Origin: Tubulanus polymorphus
Taxonomy: Eukaryota > Animalia > Nemertea
Assembly (NCBI RefSeq): GCF_964204645.1
Contig: NC_134026.1
Span: 24,400,150 to 24,464,149 of the forward strand
DNA length: 64,000 nt
Direction of reading: 5' to 3'
Below are positions 52,520-64,000 of this stretch, one piece after another. Positions within the stretch are counted from its first letter, which is position 1; every line of letters starts with the position of its first letter. The translations under genes were made by a program, and so were the position numbers. Below the pieces are notes generated by a model. That model saw nothing but the letters and a program-made list of their open reading frames with translations. It was not told where the DNA came from and made no database searches.

Positions 52520-52604
52520 AACGCGGAAACTCAGGATTCAAAACCTAACCATTTCCTGACCTAACTTTAGAAAGTGAAGACCCTTACCGCTCAGCCAAAC
52601 GTCC
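52520..52604 (-). pseudogene. tRNA-like relic / SINE head
   Basis: The minus strand reads GACGTTTGGCTGAGCGGTAAGG (A-box-like) ... GGTTTTGAATCC (degenerate B-box); no clean cloverleaf is evident. Confidence 0.35.
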
Positions 52605-55600
52605 GTTTGAGAAAAATATTATGACCTTACCGGTATGCTACAATTGTAAGTTACCCCTCGTGTAAGACCCTCGATCTGTACTTTGGCGATGGAGAAGTAA
52701 TTGTGGGAAGTGTGGATGTATATTCTGAATATTGTGTATTTTCGACACGGTCAAAATGTGTTTTAGAAATGATGCATACACACTTGCCGCAGCTCCTTTC
52801 TCGAGTGCGTTTTTCGCCAGGTGGTGGACTCGATTCCGCAGTGCGTACCACGAACTTTGAACAGCGCGCAATTTGCGTACGCAATTTTCGCTCGTGTGCG
52901 GCGGGCTTAAGTGCTACATTTTCCAATATCGCAATCAATGGCATTAATGAATACTTTCCTTCTTTCCGCAGACGCTTCTTTCATAGCGAAGGCGTCGGTG
53001 TACGTCACCAGCGGTGTCGAGTCCAGCTCGGCATGGCGTACACGATCCGGTCATGTCGGTCATGTTCTACTCTTTGATGGGTATTTACCGTACCATTGCG
53101 TGAATTGCTTGTACAACTTTGGCGACCGTGTTCAAATCAATTATGCGGAAAGATTAGGTAGCATTTCATCCTGAAATCTTTTTCTCCTGTGAATTGCAGC
53201 ATTAGCGAATTGATATTCTGCCAATGGGGAGAAATGATTATGCTTCATAAAGCATGGACAACGTGGGCTGACAGCTAAAGCTTATAACTGGGAGGATAAA
53301 GTAAAGGAAATTAGTGCCATCTAGGTGCTTTGCTGCATGAAATTGACGCCGTGACTGTCAAATGAAACTTTTCATTATATTCATAGCTTTTCATTAAATT
53401 GCCCGTCCACCCTGTAGTGCATCAGCATCATTTTGGGCCGTGGGTGCTGGAAAGATGTCAGAATGAGAGAGAGCATCGACGTTTATCATTGAATTCTATG
53501 CATTTTATCTAAGTATAAAAATACTAGTCTAATGATTACTTAGCGAGTGCTTTTCGATGCCCCTCTCAGAATTTGCCTAAAAATGTTTTAGGTGGCCGAA
53601 CATCTCCTCCTATAGTGCCAGTGATGGCATCATGTCCTAACGTTTCTCATGATTCAAAGATTAATAAATAAATTCTTTACATCTTTTAGTGCAATTTTAT
53701 CTGCTCGGTGAAACGCTCATTCGTTGTAATCGTCTGATATATTTTCTGGAATGGGGTGATGTATTTCCACTGCTTCTCGATGACGGCGGAAGTACGCTGA
53801 ATTTATGAACGCTTCCTTCATAGTGTAATAATGCTCAATTTGCTTTCTGTTCTTTTATGTTCCACTTATACCAACTATCTAGTTTGGACACTGGAATTGC
53901 TTATGAAATATTAATACCTCAGAAAATTACTTCAGATAACCGTTGCTATTGATAATTCGTTCATTGCGATGTATTTCTACTCAAATAATTGGATTTGCGT
54001 GGAGGGGACTATTGATTTTCGATCGCCGAATTTCCCATCGCCGCGACTTTTTTCTCTCACTTTCTCGTGATAATTAGACGCTACAATCCGAGATTTTGAT
54101 TTAGATTTGATCATACTTAATTCGAATGTTTTTTAATTAAAACCATATAGCTTTGCTACAAGCAATGGAATGAACATGCAGAAATATGTTGTTAAATGTT
54201 AGACAGGCCGGTAGCGTCACTGATTTTAATTTATGGGCACAGGGGCAGAGCCAGGATTTTCAAAGTGGGGGTGCTCCGCTGGTCATCCCCCGAATATGTT
54301 TAGAATTATTGTACCATATATAAATTTCTAGTGCACCTTTTTCAGATTTCGGACGATTCGTCATAACCCCAACGTTTAGGCCTGTTAGATATAATTGGAA
54401 GAATTAGAAGTTCGTGGTTACGGTATTATCATGACATAACATCCTTCAGCGTAACGTTCATCATTTTACGGATTTCAATTATTGAGGTCCATCATTAAAA
54501 CAGCCGGACGAGAAGGAAAAGGAAGCTCGAGAAATGTACATTTTCTTAGCTGTAACGAACACGCTTTGATTTCGAAACGGCTATTTAGAGTTCTCTTTCA
54601 GTCAGACGTGCCGCAGTTGGTTCTGTAATAACAGGTTTCACGTTTCAACAACTCATGACAGATCAAGATATTCATAACACTTAATACTGTATCTGGCAGA
54701 TACATTAGGACAAATCTGTGTCTCTTTGTATAGCCTATCATGTAAGATGACGTGAACTTGTATTGTATATCTGTTTATAATTGAAATCCGGCTTCCCCGT
54801 CATGAAGTCAACAACATTTGGCCATTGTTTGTTACGGCCCATTTGACTTTTAGCTTTTGTTATGAAATTACTATCGAAATCAGTTTCGTATGATTTATGT
54901 TTTTGTCATATCACGAACATAATGAGGTCCTTCGCGTGTCGACTATTATTCTGCTTACCAGGGCTACTTGTGCGCTTACTGGACACAGGTCATGCTCTTG
55001 ACAGTTTCAGCTGATTTTTGGTTATGAACGTAATGATCGCGAGATATATAGCCAGAGGATCGAGATCAATTCGGAATGAAGGATCTGAAAGACATTGAAT
55101 GAAAACTCGCAATAGATATTCAAAAGCCTATGTTTAACTTAAATATCTCGGGCATTTTCCATTGTCGTCATTTTTGCATGACCACGTATCAGCTCAGAGA
55201 CTGACAAGAAAGCGAATCAGTAAACAATAAGCGATTTAACAGAAACATCCTGGAGCATAAAGGGGCAAATCAGTCGTATCAAATGATGCGAGCTGCGAGT
55301 AATTGTAGTTTATGCCTGAAACTTTGTCTTATGTTCATTCTATACGTGATTATGTTGATTGCGTATATAAAACCAGTTTAATAGCTACAAACATACATAT
55401 ATCATGTTACTCCGAAAGATCAATTTCTACGTAATATGAAATAATGAATTCTTCGTCGAATTTGGTATCGTGTTGTCTTTTATCCTTAAATTTGCGCTGA
55501 AATCATAATTCATAGCTTGACTCGTAACCATAGCGATGTATAAATGCGCTTCATTTGGCCCATAGTAGTGGGGAATCCGAGCCAAGCACCAGACTCGAAT

Positions 55601-56341
55601 TGATACGTGTTAAATTTCACGTGTCCTAACGATGCCATTTGAAATGAATTGATTTTAAACAGTATAATAATTTCAAAAACGAACTTTCAGCATATCTCTG
55701 CCTGTTGCAAAACCTCTGGATATAGAATCATTTTACTTATGATGTTTTTTTGCGACGTCAGCTTCAGATATTTCTATGAAAGTTTTTATTTCGAGATTGT
55801 CTTTTTATATTTGTTCTGTTATTATGAAGCGCAAGCATCAATCTTAACAATGAATGATTAGTAATATGTTTTCTGATTTCAGTTTATATGTCATGACCCT
55901 GGTTCTGACAGCGGAACACCAGCCTGTAATCAAGTCTGCGTAATTGCCGAGTTCTATAATTTTCTGACTGAAAATATCAATTTCACACAGTAGAACTTCA
56001 AATAAAGAGATTGAAAATCAATTTTTCCTGTGATCTCGATGCTAATTATAAATCTATTGTGATGACTATCGCCCTTATACTGCTGTCTGGTAGTTTTGCC
56101 ATTAGAATGCTTATCATTTGTATATTATATAAAAAAACTTGTTCTTCTATTTTGTAATTTTATGAACTTAATTGTATTTCTAAACGTTTTAGATGAGCTT
56201 TAAGCATATCACCTTTATATTTTCCATGCAATGATTTACACACCCAATTAGTATTTTGTCGAATGATATCTGACTGATCTTGCAACATGAAAAAATCATT
56301 TCATAGATTTTGTATTGTTTGGAGCTGTGATGTTAAGCCCT

Positions 56342-56577
56342 GGCCGGTTGCATAGTCACGGCTTAGACTTAAGACCGTTCTACGGCCATCTTAGTTCTAA
56401 CAACTTAAGACCAGACTTTTGACCATTAAGTCTCGACTACTGAACCGGGCCAGTTCCATAGTTGTGACTTGAGACCACAAGTTGTCTGGAAACCTGAGTC
56501 TGGTCTTAAGTTGTTAGATTGGCTATAGGACTAAGATGGTCTTACATTGGTCTTAAATCATGACTGTGCAGCTGGCC
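56342..56577. mobile_element. palindromic MITE / foldback element
   Basis: GGCCGGTTGCATAGTCAC... pairs with ...ATGACTGTGCAGCTGGCC. The internal arms TCTAACAACTTAAGACCAGACT / AGTCTGGTCTTAAGTTGTTAGA are an exact inverted repeat. Confidence 0.8.
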
Positions 56578-58227
56578 CCTGGGTCGAAAAAAGGTATTTG
56601 ATTTATAACACTGGCAATTATAATCCTATAATGATTTTACATCCCTGTGTCCCTTTTATAAACTTTCTTTGTATATATTGACGTTAAAATTGAAAAATAT
56701 TTTTCTTTATATCAAACATCGTATTTGTTCTAAATTCTATCTCTAGGGAATCAGATCTGCTATAGATTTTAATGTCTACATAAGTAATACGATAACATGT
56801 GACATCAAATCCCCAATTCACGAATCTGGTGACAGAATATAAAATCATTTTAGTTTTCGATTCGGCTGTTTGATATATAATTCTACGTGTTACCATAACA
56901 AAATGAACCCGGTGATTCTAGCTGTTAGTTAATGTTTCTGTCGTTTTCATAGAACGTTACACCGGTGTTTATTGTATAAGAGTTGTTAAAAGCAAATCGT
57001 TTTTCGATGTTTATCTTCGTGAACTCCGTCCATTATAATCGATTTGCTTCCCGTCAGAAAAATCGCGCAGGGTCCTTAAAAATCGGTTGTCTTAAGTCAG
57101 ATAAATGATTCCATTATGTACGGTTAAACTAGTGGAACTCGTTTCGCGTATGCACAATTTACGTTGACATCAATTTGTATTGGAAGTTGTTAGGTTTAGT
57201 GCAGTATCGCCCGTGTCGGCTGGGTGGCTAATTTAGTTGGTAAATTTTAATGAGTCCACTAATTTGTATTCAGTCTCATTAAGGGTTGAATTTTCAATTT
57301 GCTCGCCAAATTGCGCGAACAAATTTTAAACAATGTCACCAGTAATGAGGAATATGATACGGTGGCAAAGAATCAGAATTCAATTTAAGATTGATAGCCC
57401 GCAGCTGAACTGAGAACTGATCGCTAATAGATGAACACCAGAGTCAGGCTAGATTTTATCATTGCAGTTTTCGATTGCTGTTGGCTGTGTGTAAAGCCTC
57501 GTTAAATTCTAACGTCATTTTAGAAAAATTCCAATACCATCAATAAAGCAATGACGTCCAGGCTGTTGGCTTCACATCAGTATTATTGTACAATAGGTGC
57601 TGACTCTTTTGTGCGCGGCGAACGTGACTTTTTATGTTCGGAAATTGCGCTCAATGAAGCCTTAGCTTTGTTCGCTGTGAACATAGTGCACACCTGATTT
57701 ATCTTCGCGATGTTTATTCATTCGTGTCTAAATGGCTTGTTACTGCCGGATTGGTTGACTGGTAAATGCTACGAAAATGAAAGGCTTCACACTTTTTTTA
57801 CCGTATTGCAGGACTGTGTCCAGAAGCGGTTGACTATTGAAGCCGCGTATAAACACGTTACTTGAAAGTATCACCAGTAACATTTGCAGAATATTCCAGT
57901 AGATATGGCTGCTTCCGCGATGCGTTGTGATTCTGTAAATCAATGGTTCATTGACTTTGTGTTTCGAGTTTTTACCAGTTATATAATCGTCTACACTTAA
58001 CTTTTTTTTTATTGGGTCTGAAGTTATTATGTTCAGTGAGGTGCGAGAAAACACCTGCTTGATAAGACAGACGTGCACTTTATAGCAATTAGTAAATAAA
58101 TGAAAAATATATTTCTGTTATTCTTGTTGTTTTTTATATACTTTTTTCGTTCACATGTGTCCTCCATCAAAGGTGAAACTTCTGATTCTTTTTTTGACAT
58201 GTGTGCATCCATCAGGTCTGTTACTAA

Positions 58228-58525
58228 GGCCGCGATCACGCGAGCTTTTTTTGGGCCGGAACAACAGTGTGTATAAACAGATGCTTAATGGTTCCGTGCC
58301 TGTCTTTGACCAAAATCGTCGGACCAGGCGCGAGCCAAAATTTTGCATTGGTCAAAACAGTGGGTTAATTGCTACAAAGCGTCCCACTTGGTTTTGTCTG
58401 AGCAAGTGGTTTACGTGTGAAAGCGCTCTCTAATTAGGCACGGGCCGAATTTGATTCGGACCAGACGCGTGTCAATTTTCTAGCCAATTTGGCCCGGACC
58501 CAATCGTCTCCGCGTGATCGCGGCT
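58228..58525. mobile_element. PIF/Harbinger-like MITE
   Basis: TIR GGCCGCGATCACGCG / CGCGTGATCGCGGCT with TAA on both sides; GGGCCG/GGACC subterminal motifs. Confidence 0.8.
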
Positions 58526-60676
58526 TAAGTTTACCTGGACATCACACCATTCCGTTTCGTAATTTTTCTGGCGTGGCTGCGGTCCTCACTGAATTAAAAG
58601 TGAACCATTGGATTTAGATAAAACATTGCTAACATTTCTAGCGGATTGTTTCATCTTTCGTTACCAATTACGTAGATGCATTAATTTTTGCGCGTAATCT
58701 CTGGATGGACGACACGATTGCCCCAGGACAGTAATTTCACGAGTGTCGCCGCAATTAATTCTGATTAAATATTTGTCATTAACAGCTGTCCACGCGTAAT
58801 GAGAAAGTATTTTTCAATGACGATATTCCGATGAAACATAACGCGACGACCGCTTGAACAAAGCAACATACCGTCGCAGATATACACTTAACTAACAAAC
58901 CGGTTTTTAATTGTCGGCAATATTCATTACTCGCTCGCTAGAGTTATTCGCGCCAAACGATCGAAACGAGTGGCGATGATTTGATTTTTATCTGCGGCTG
59001 ATATCGTGATGAGAGCGATGACAATTAACAGTTCCACGTTTATTAACTAACTACGTATTGTAAACCGTACGTTCCCGTTTCTTACGTCACGATCGTTGAT
59101 ACAACCGCCTAGCGATTGCAGGCATCGGTAAAGATCGTCTTCGCTCTGGGATCAGGGCGTACAACTTGAAAAATGATTTTGTCAAAATCCCAATGACAAT
59201 GACAATCAACAATTACTTCAATATTCAGAAATAACATTGACATTAGAAGTGTTTTGAAAATCGGCACATTTTCTTTTAAATATGAATTTATTCACAATGT
59301 ATATACTAAAATAATGACTATAAACACAATACATCCACATACACCGTGTATATAATTCGTCAGGTTAAACAATGGTAATTCTGTTACAGTCAACCACATT
59401 ATTTACTGCTGTAATACAAATTAAGACAGGATTTGGATGTATAGTCCGGTTCCCGTCAACCACCCTCCTTTGGTAAGATTCAAACTTAATGACATCGGGG
59501 CTCAGGTGTTTGTAACACAGTACCGTGATATCGCCAGAGGATGCTGGACCTCCGACCAAATAATGTAGGCTATGAGTTCAAAATGTCATCGAGTCGATAT
59601 CAATCCAGGAGGCGGCGGATGATCAATTTCCACACTGACGCAGTTGACGAAGAAATGTTGACATTTTGTCGCCGTGAGTTATTACATCAGTTTCTAATTA
59701 TCAAAGTTTTGTTTTCGCACGGAGGTGGTTGATGATGAGGACGATATGAATATTGCTAGAGATCCGTGTGATACGATCGTCACTGTCAGAGACAAAACTT
59801 TTCATTAGCATGTAATCTTGCGATGATCTAAAACCAGATTCTCACCTTCATTAGCGTCTGTTATCGTGTATATTGTTCTCCACAGTTTACTAGTTTACTA
59901 CACCGGAGACCCCGACTGGGGGCAGCCGGTAGAGTCTCGTGTCATCGGCTTATTGTTAATGTATATTCTGCGCGATTCCGAAATGATTAACACTAAAAAC
60001 AGTGACGTTAATTCGAAAGCTCGTTAACGATAAACAGTAAACTGTGAGGCAATAAAACGTGTTAACAGTTCAAATAGATTATTGAAACACGACCACTGCT
60101 GTGACCGAATCAACGGTACCGGTACCCTGCCTGAAAATAAACACATACATCTAAAACGAACCAATACAAGCTTAACCATGATTGTACGACCTGATTGTAC
60201 ACAACATTAAGAATACAAGTGACTACATATTTTTTCAAAAGTGTTTAATTGATAATCATTTCTGGTTTATTTTCTATGTTTAGCAGTAAATCATTGATCT
60301 TTAGTGGGTTATATGGTACCACGTCATGTGGGAATAATCGCGATCTTTTCGGGCTCAATTTAATCTTCGATTGTCCTACAAATTGGTAACATAAACCTTG
60401 TATCCGTGATGAAACCTGTTAATTAGAACATGTTGTAATTTGCGCCGCAGTCAAGTACCCGTAATGATCTGTTCGTCCGCTTTGTCACTAGAATTCACCG
60501 GTGGCCAGCAACATCAATAAGCCGGTCAAATCATAACCACGAGCCGGATTATAATAACCGGTATTCACGGATACTTTGCGCCGTTCACAGGGGAACAATA
60601 GCGATCCGTCTTTCATAAACGAGAAAATTTGAAATTTGATGACATGTAGCTATCTATCGGGAAGCAGGTATGAACG

Positions 60677-60960
60677 TGTTGCCATGGTAAGCATACCAAT
60701 GATGACCACCTGATTACTCTCTGGAGTGCGTCGGTCGCCGTGGTTTTTATTGATATTTCATGACGTGCTTCGCCGTCAGTGACCCATCTAGGGACCCTGG
60801 TCAATCACGGAAGTAACGTCCGTGGCCATTATTTGGTGGCAGTTTTTTTCGACGGTACACGTCGCAGTAATTTTCAAAATTATCAATTTTCTTTGCGCGC
60901 TCTCGGAATGCTACCGGTCGGTTATGGCAGGAAGTGGTGACGTCATTGCAAATTTACGTC
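60677..60960. promoter_or_regulatory. candidate promoter/enhancer motif cluster
   Basis: X-box-like GTTGCCATGGTAAG (about 60678), ETS-like CGGAAGT (about 60808) and AGGAAGT next to a full CRE TGACGTCA (about 60929-60945), in locally GC-richer DNA. Confidence 0.3.
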
Positions 60961-63900
60961 CTGTTTTCTCCTCGTGATAGGATTTCTACGATGAAATATC
61001 ATATGTCATGAAGTTTAGAAGTTCTCAAAAAATCATTTTTATTAGTGGCAGTATTTATTTACGTCACTATTTTTTGGAATCTACAAGCATCACATTTATG
61101 TTTTGAAAAGTATCAATTCCCCGAAGATTCAGTTTTTCGTGTTATTCGTTAAATATGACGCCGTTTAACGACTTACTGCCGTTCTAGAATGAGTCTTGCA
61201 CATGACAAAAGTACTGGAGTTGTCTGTTCCAAGGCTTAGGGCGGTTATGCTTGTTTAAATTGAACGCAAACATCCGATATAATAAGTCTTCAAAGCCTTT
61301 TTTAGACTAATTATTAACATGGAAGCGTCCCGTGTCTTTTAACTCGGCATAAACCGTTGCTCGTTGCCGGGGGCGGTTCGAATATATATTGTTTAATTCG
61401 GTCTTCTAATGAAATAGATTCATCAGGGCATTGTCTGCCCACCAGATTGCGCTCTTGCTGAAAAAGGGTGCCGATGTCTCGAACCAGCAGCTATCGCTGG
61501 TTCCCCGTAGAGGAGGCGTTTTTGGCGTACTGGATCCGCGCTAATTCGCTTTATCCCGACGTTCGTCCGCGCCTGATACATTCCCACGGCCCTAAAAACA
61601 CACGCTGCCTTGTCTATAACTGGTTTTATCTTACGGTATCGCATTTTATTCTATCCGGGATAGAGATCATGTCAATTATACCTAATTCGATAGTTGTACA
61701 CGTAGTCAACTTCATTAATACGCGTAGTTCGATACATATTTGGTCGCCGAACTTTTTCCAGATAAGCGTATTTGTTTACAATAAATTTTCGTGATACTAA
61801 AAATAAATACCTTTCCCAATCAGATGTTCACAAAATAATTTAGATTTAAGGAATAACTAATTAATTTGAGATTTTTGCCATTTTTTATCAAATGGTTGAT
61901 TAAGCCGTAAGTAGAAGGCGAAGCAAGAAAAAGCACAGATGAAAGAAAAATATTGCCATAGCCAGTGAATCCATACCATAAACAAAGACAATGAATGGTT
62001 TTGCCCTTGCAGAATTATGTATTCTGTGACAGAAGAGTCCATGGTTGAACCAGGCAGCCATATAACAACTTAGAAACCAGCGGTGAAAATGAAAGTTTTA
62101 GGTTGCCTAGGGCCAAGGAAATGATTCACGTTCCGGGCACACGACCAGCCCAGGTGTGAAATCGTTGAGATTACAATAACAATTTCCTGGTGAAAAAGAC
62201 ACCCCAGGAACCGCCGACAGTTCTATAGGCATCCAGCTGATATGAGTCATTATAATCAAGTTTCCCTATTGTCACTCGAAAACTGCGAAAATCACCAACA
62301 TATTATCATATATTTATTCACCCCAAGACCGACTGACTCATCGTCGCTGAATATAGGCTTCGGCCCTAGATATTCATGAGTGTCCCCGAAATAAGAATAT
62401 CATCGACAGATCAAAAGCGTAAGAGAAGATTCCGCTACGTATTACGCATGTACATGCAAGTTTAGAGCAGAAATTCAATGTCTCAAATAAAGGGCCTGTT
62501 TCACAACACGAAATCCCAATTTTTCTATACGCATAAAAATCAATCTTCCTTAATCTGATGTTTAGAATAATCGCATTTGAAAGGTAATATACAACCATGC
62601 GGTGTAAGTTCAAGTTCATCATCACATATGATCATTTGCTAATAATTGCAACCCAGAAAATTCACGCGCTAGATCACTTTCATTACGTGAAGTGTGGTGA
62701 GAATGTAACAAGCAAACTTCACACAAGCCAAACATACTGATGAATCCTGGAATAAGGATAAACCTATTTTCAAAGCTGATGAACGATGGTTTTGCTTTAA
62801 TACAAACCATATAAAACTTCATTCGTAGTTGCAAATTGTCGGCGATCAACTGGTGAATTAACGTCTGCACTCGTCATCTGAAACTTAACCAACGTTCGAT
62901 TTGCCGGAATAAAGAAACTCGCTAAAAACCGATATTCATCGTATCCATGATTCGGTCTCGTATATTGAGTTAATTAATTCGCTGAAATGAAGTTATATGA
63001 AATGTTATTCACAGAACATCTCAAGCAAGAGTTCGCGGGTTTTCACTTAAATGATTTACAAAATCTTTAATTTTACAAATAATCAGCATCTGCGCACTGA
63101 AGTGAGGAGTACCCAATGATCAGCCGTAATGAATATACGATTGTAATAAACATGTTGTAGTCGGCAATGTCGTGATTTCATTTCTTTTATTTGTGGTAGA
63201 GTCCTGTGGCTACTATATACACTCTCTCGACACTGTCAACATAGACAGCGACTGGCATTATTTTCTGATCATATGTTAAAATAAACACTGATAATGACAC
63301 TGATATTGCGGTCGGGGACAATTTAAATTCATCGGTGTCACAAATGATCGCTATAAATGTCGATCTGATCTTAATTTGAGTTGGTAAATGTATACACGAC
63401 AATCTTGTTATTCACGTTCCCACGCATGCTTCTTCGCAGAGATCACTTGACATTTTGAAGTTAATTTTTTTCATATCAGGTTTATATATACGTAACGTAC
63501 CATTGTGACAATATTTGATCATATCAATACTGTACTGCCATTCACTATTGATATATCGCACTCATCCCTCAGCTGGCCAGGCGGTCCAATAGAATATACA
63601 TGAGTCCAAACTCATCAATTGCTTCTCTACGACTCGGGTTTTCAATTGATTATCATTACGCTTGGATTTGGGAACTGATGTATGTTGATTGATTTTTCAC
63701 CAATGCCAACCCGAATTATCGCAAACCTGGGAAAAGAAACTTAAAATGAAAAAATTGAAAAAACGCTTAGGTGGTCGCCACGTATTGTTAATTCACTACG
63801 ATATTTCCGAGCTTCCCAGGAAAAATGCAACGACTCATAGTCCAACATGGCAGAGAGTTTCGTATCAATTCTTCAAAAAAGTGTAGATTTATGGATTTGC

Positions 63901-64000
63901 AATCAAGGATTTGCTTTTAAGATCAGGCAGTTTGTTAATTCAGTGGCACAAGTACCACCGGGTCACACGGGATTTGTGGCCCCTGTCAAAAGTAATTTGG

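Noticed and set aside
56348-56359. TTGCATAGTCAC matches the 5' end of miR-153
   Set aside because: The match ends after 12 nt and lies in a MITE terminal repeat, not in a pre-miRNA hairpin.
61418-61544. IALLLKKGADV, an ankyrin-like peptide
   Set aside because: No TPLH half-repeat, no neighbouring repeats and a poor acceptor; probably chance.

Overview
AT-rich, intron-containing eukaryotic DNA from a compact invertebrate (metazoan) genome; most short ORFs in the track are noise, and the real genes are spliced with GT-AG introns often 55-120 nt long. Genes from 1 to about 46 kb: the 3' part of a large RS/acidic low-complexity protein (+); Suppressor of fused (-); a Cys-less, ELIC-like pentameric ligand-gated ion channel with no signal peptide and two candidate terminal exons (+); a small secreted PAN/Apple-like protein (-) head-to-head with an uncharacterised secreted, possibly GPI-anchored protein (+); Tbx1/org-1 with an N-terminal eh1-like motif (-); a CsgA/sniffer-type SDR lacking its catalytic Tyr (-); an MS4A/CD20-like tetraspan (-); and a multi-thioredoxin-fold protein (+) whose last exon follows a 5.1 kb intron. 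No recognisable CDS was found from about 46.2 to 64 kb. Several MITEs, a long (TA)n tract and a tRNA-like/SINE relic are present. The most interesting element is the Cys-less channel, which may have an unconventional, possibly inverted, membrane topology. All exon models were assembled by eye and have not been checked against transcripts or databases.
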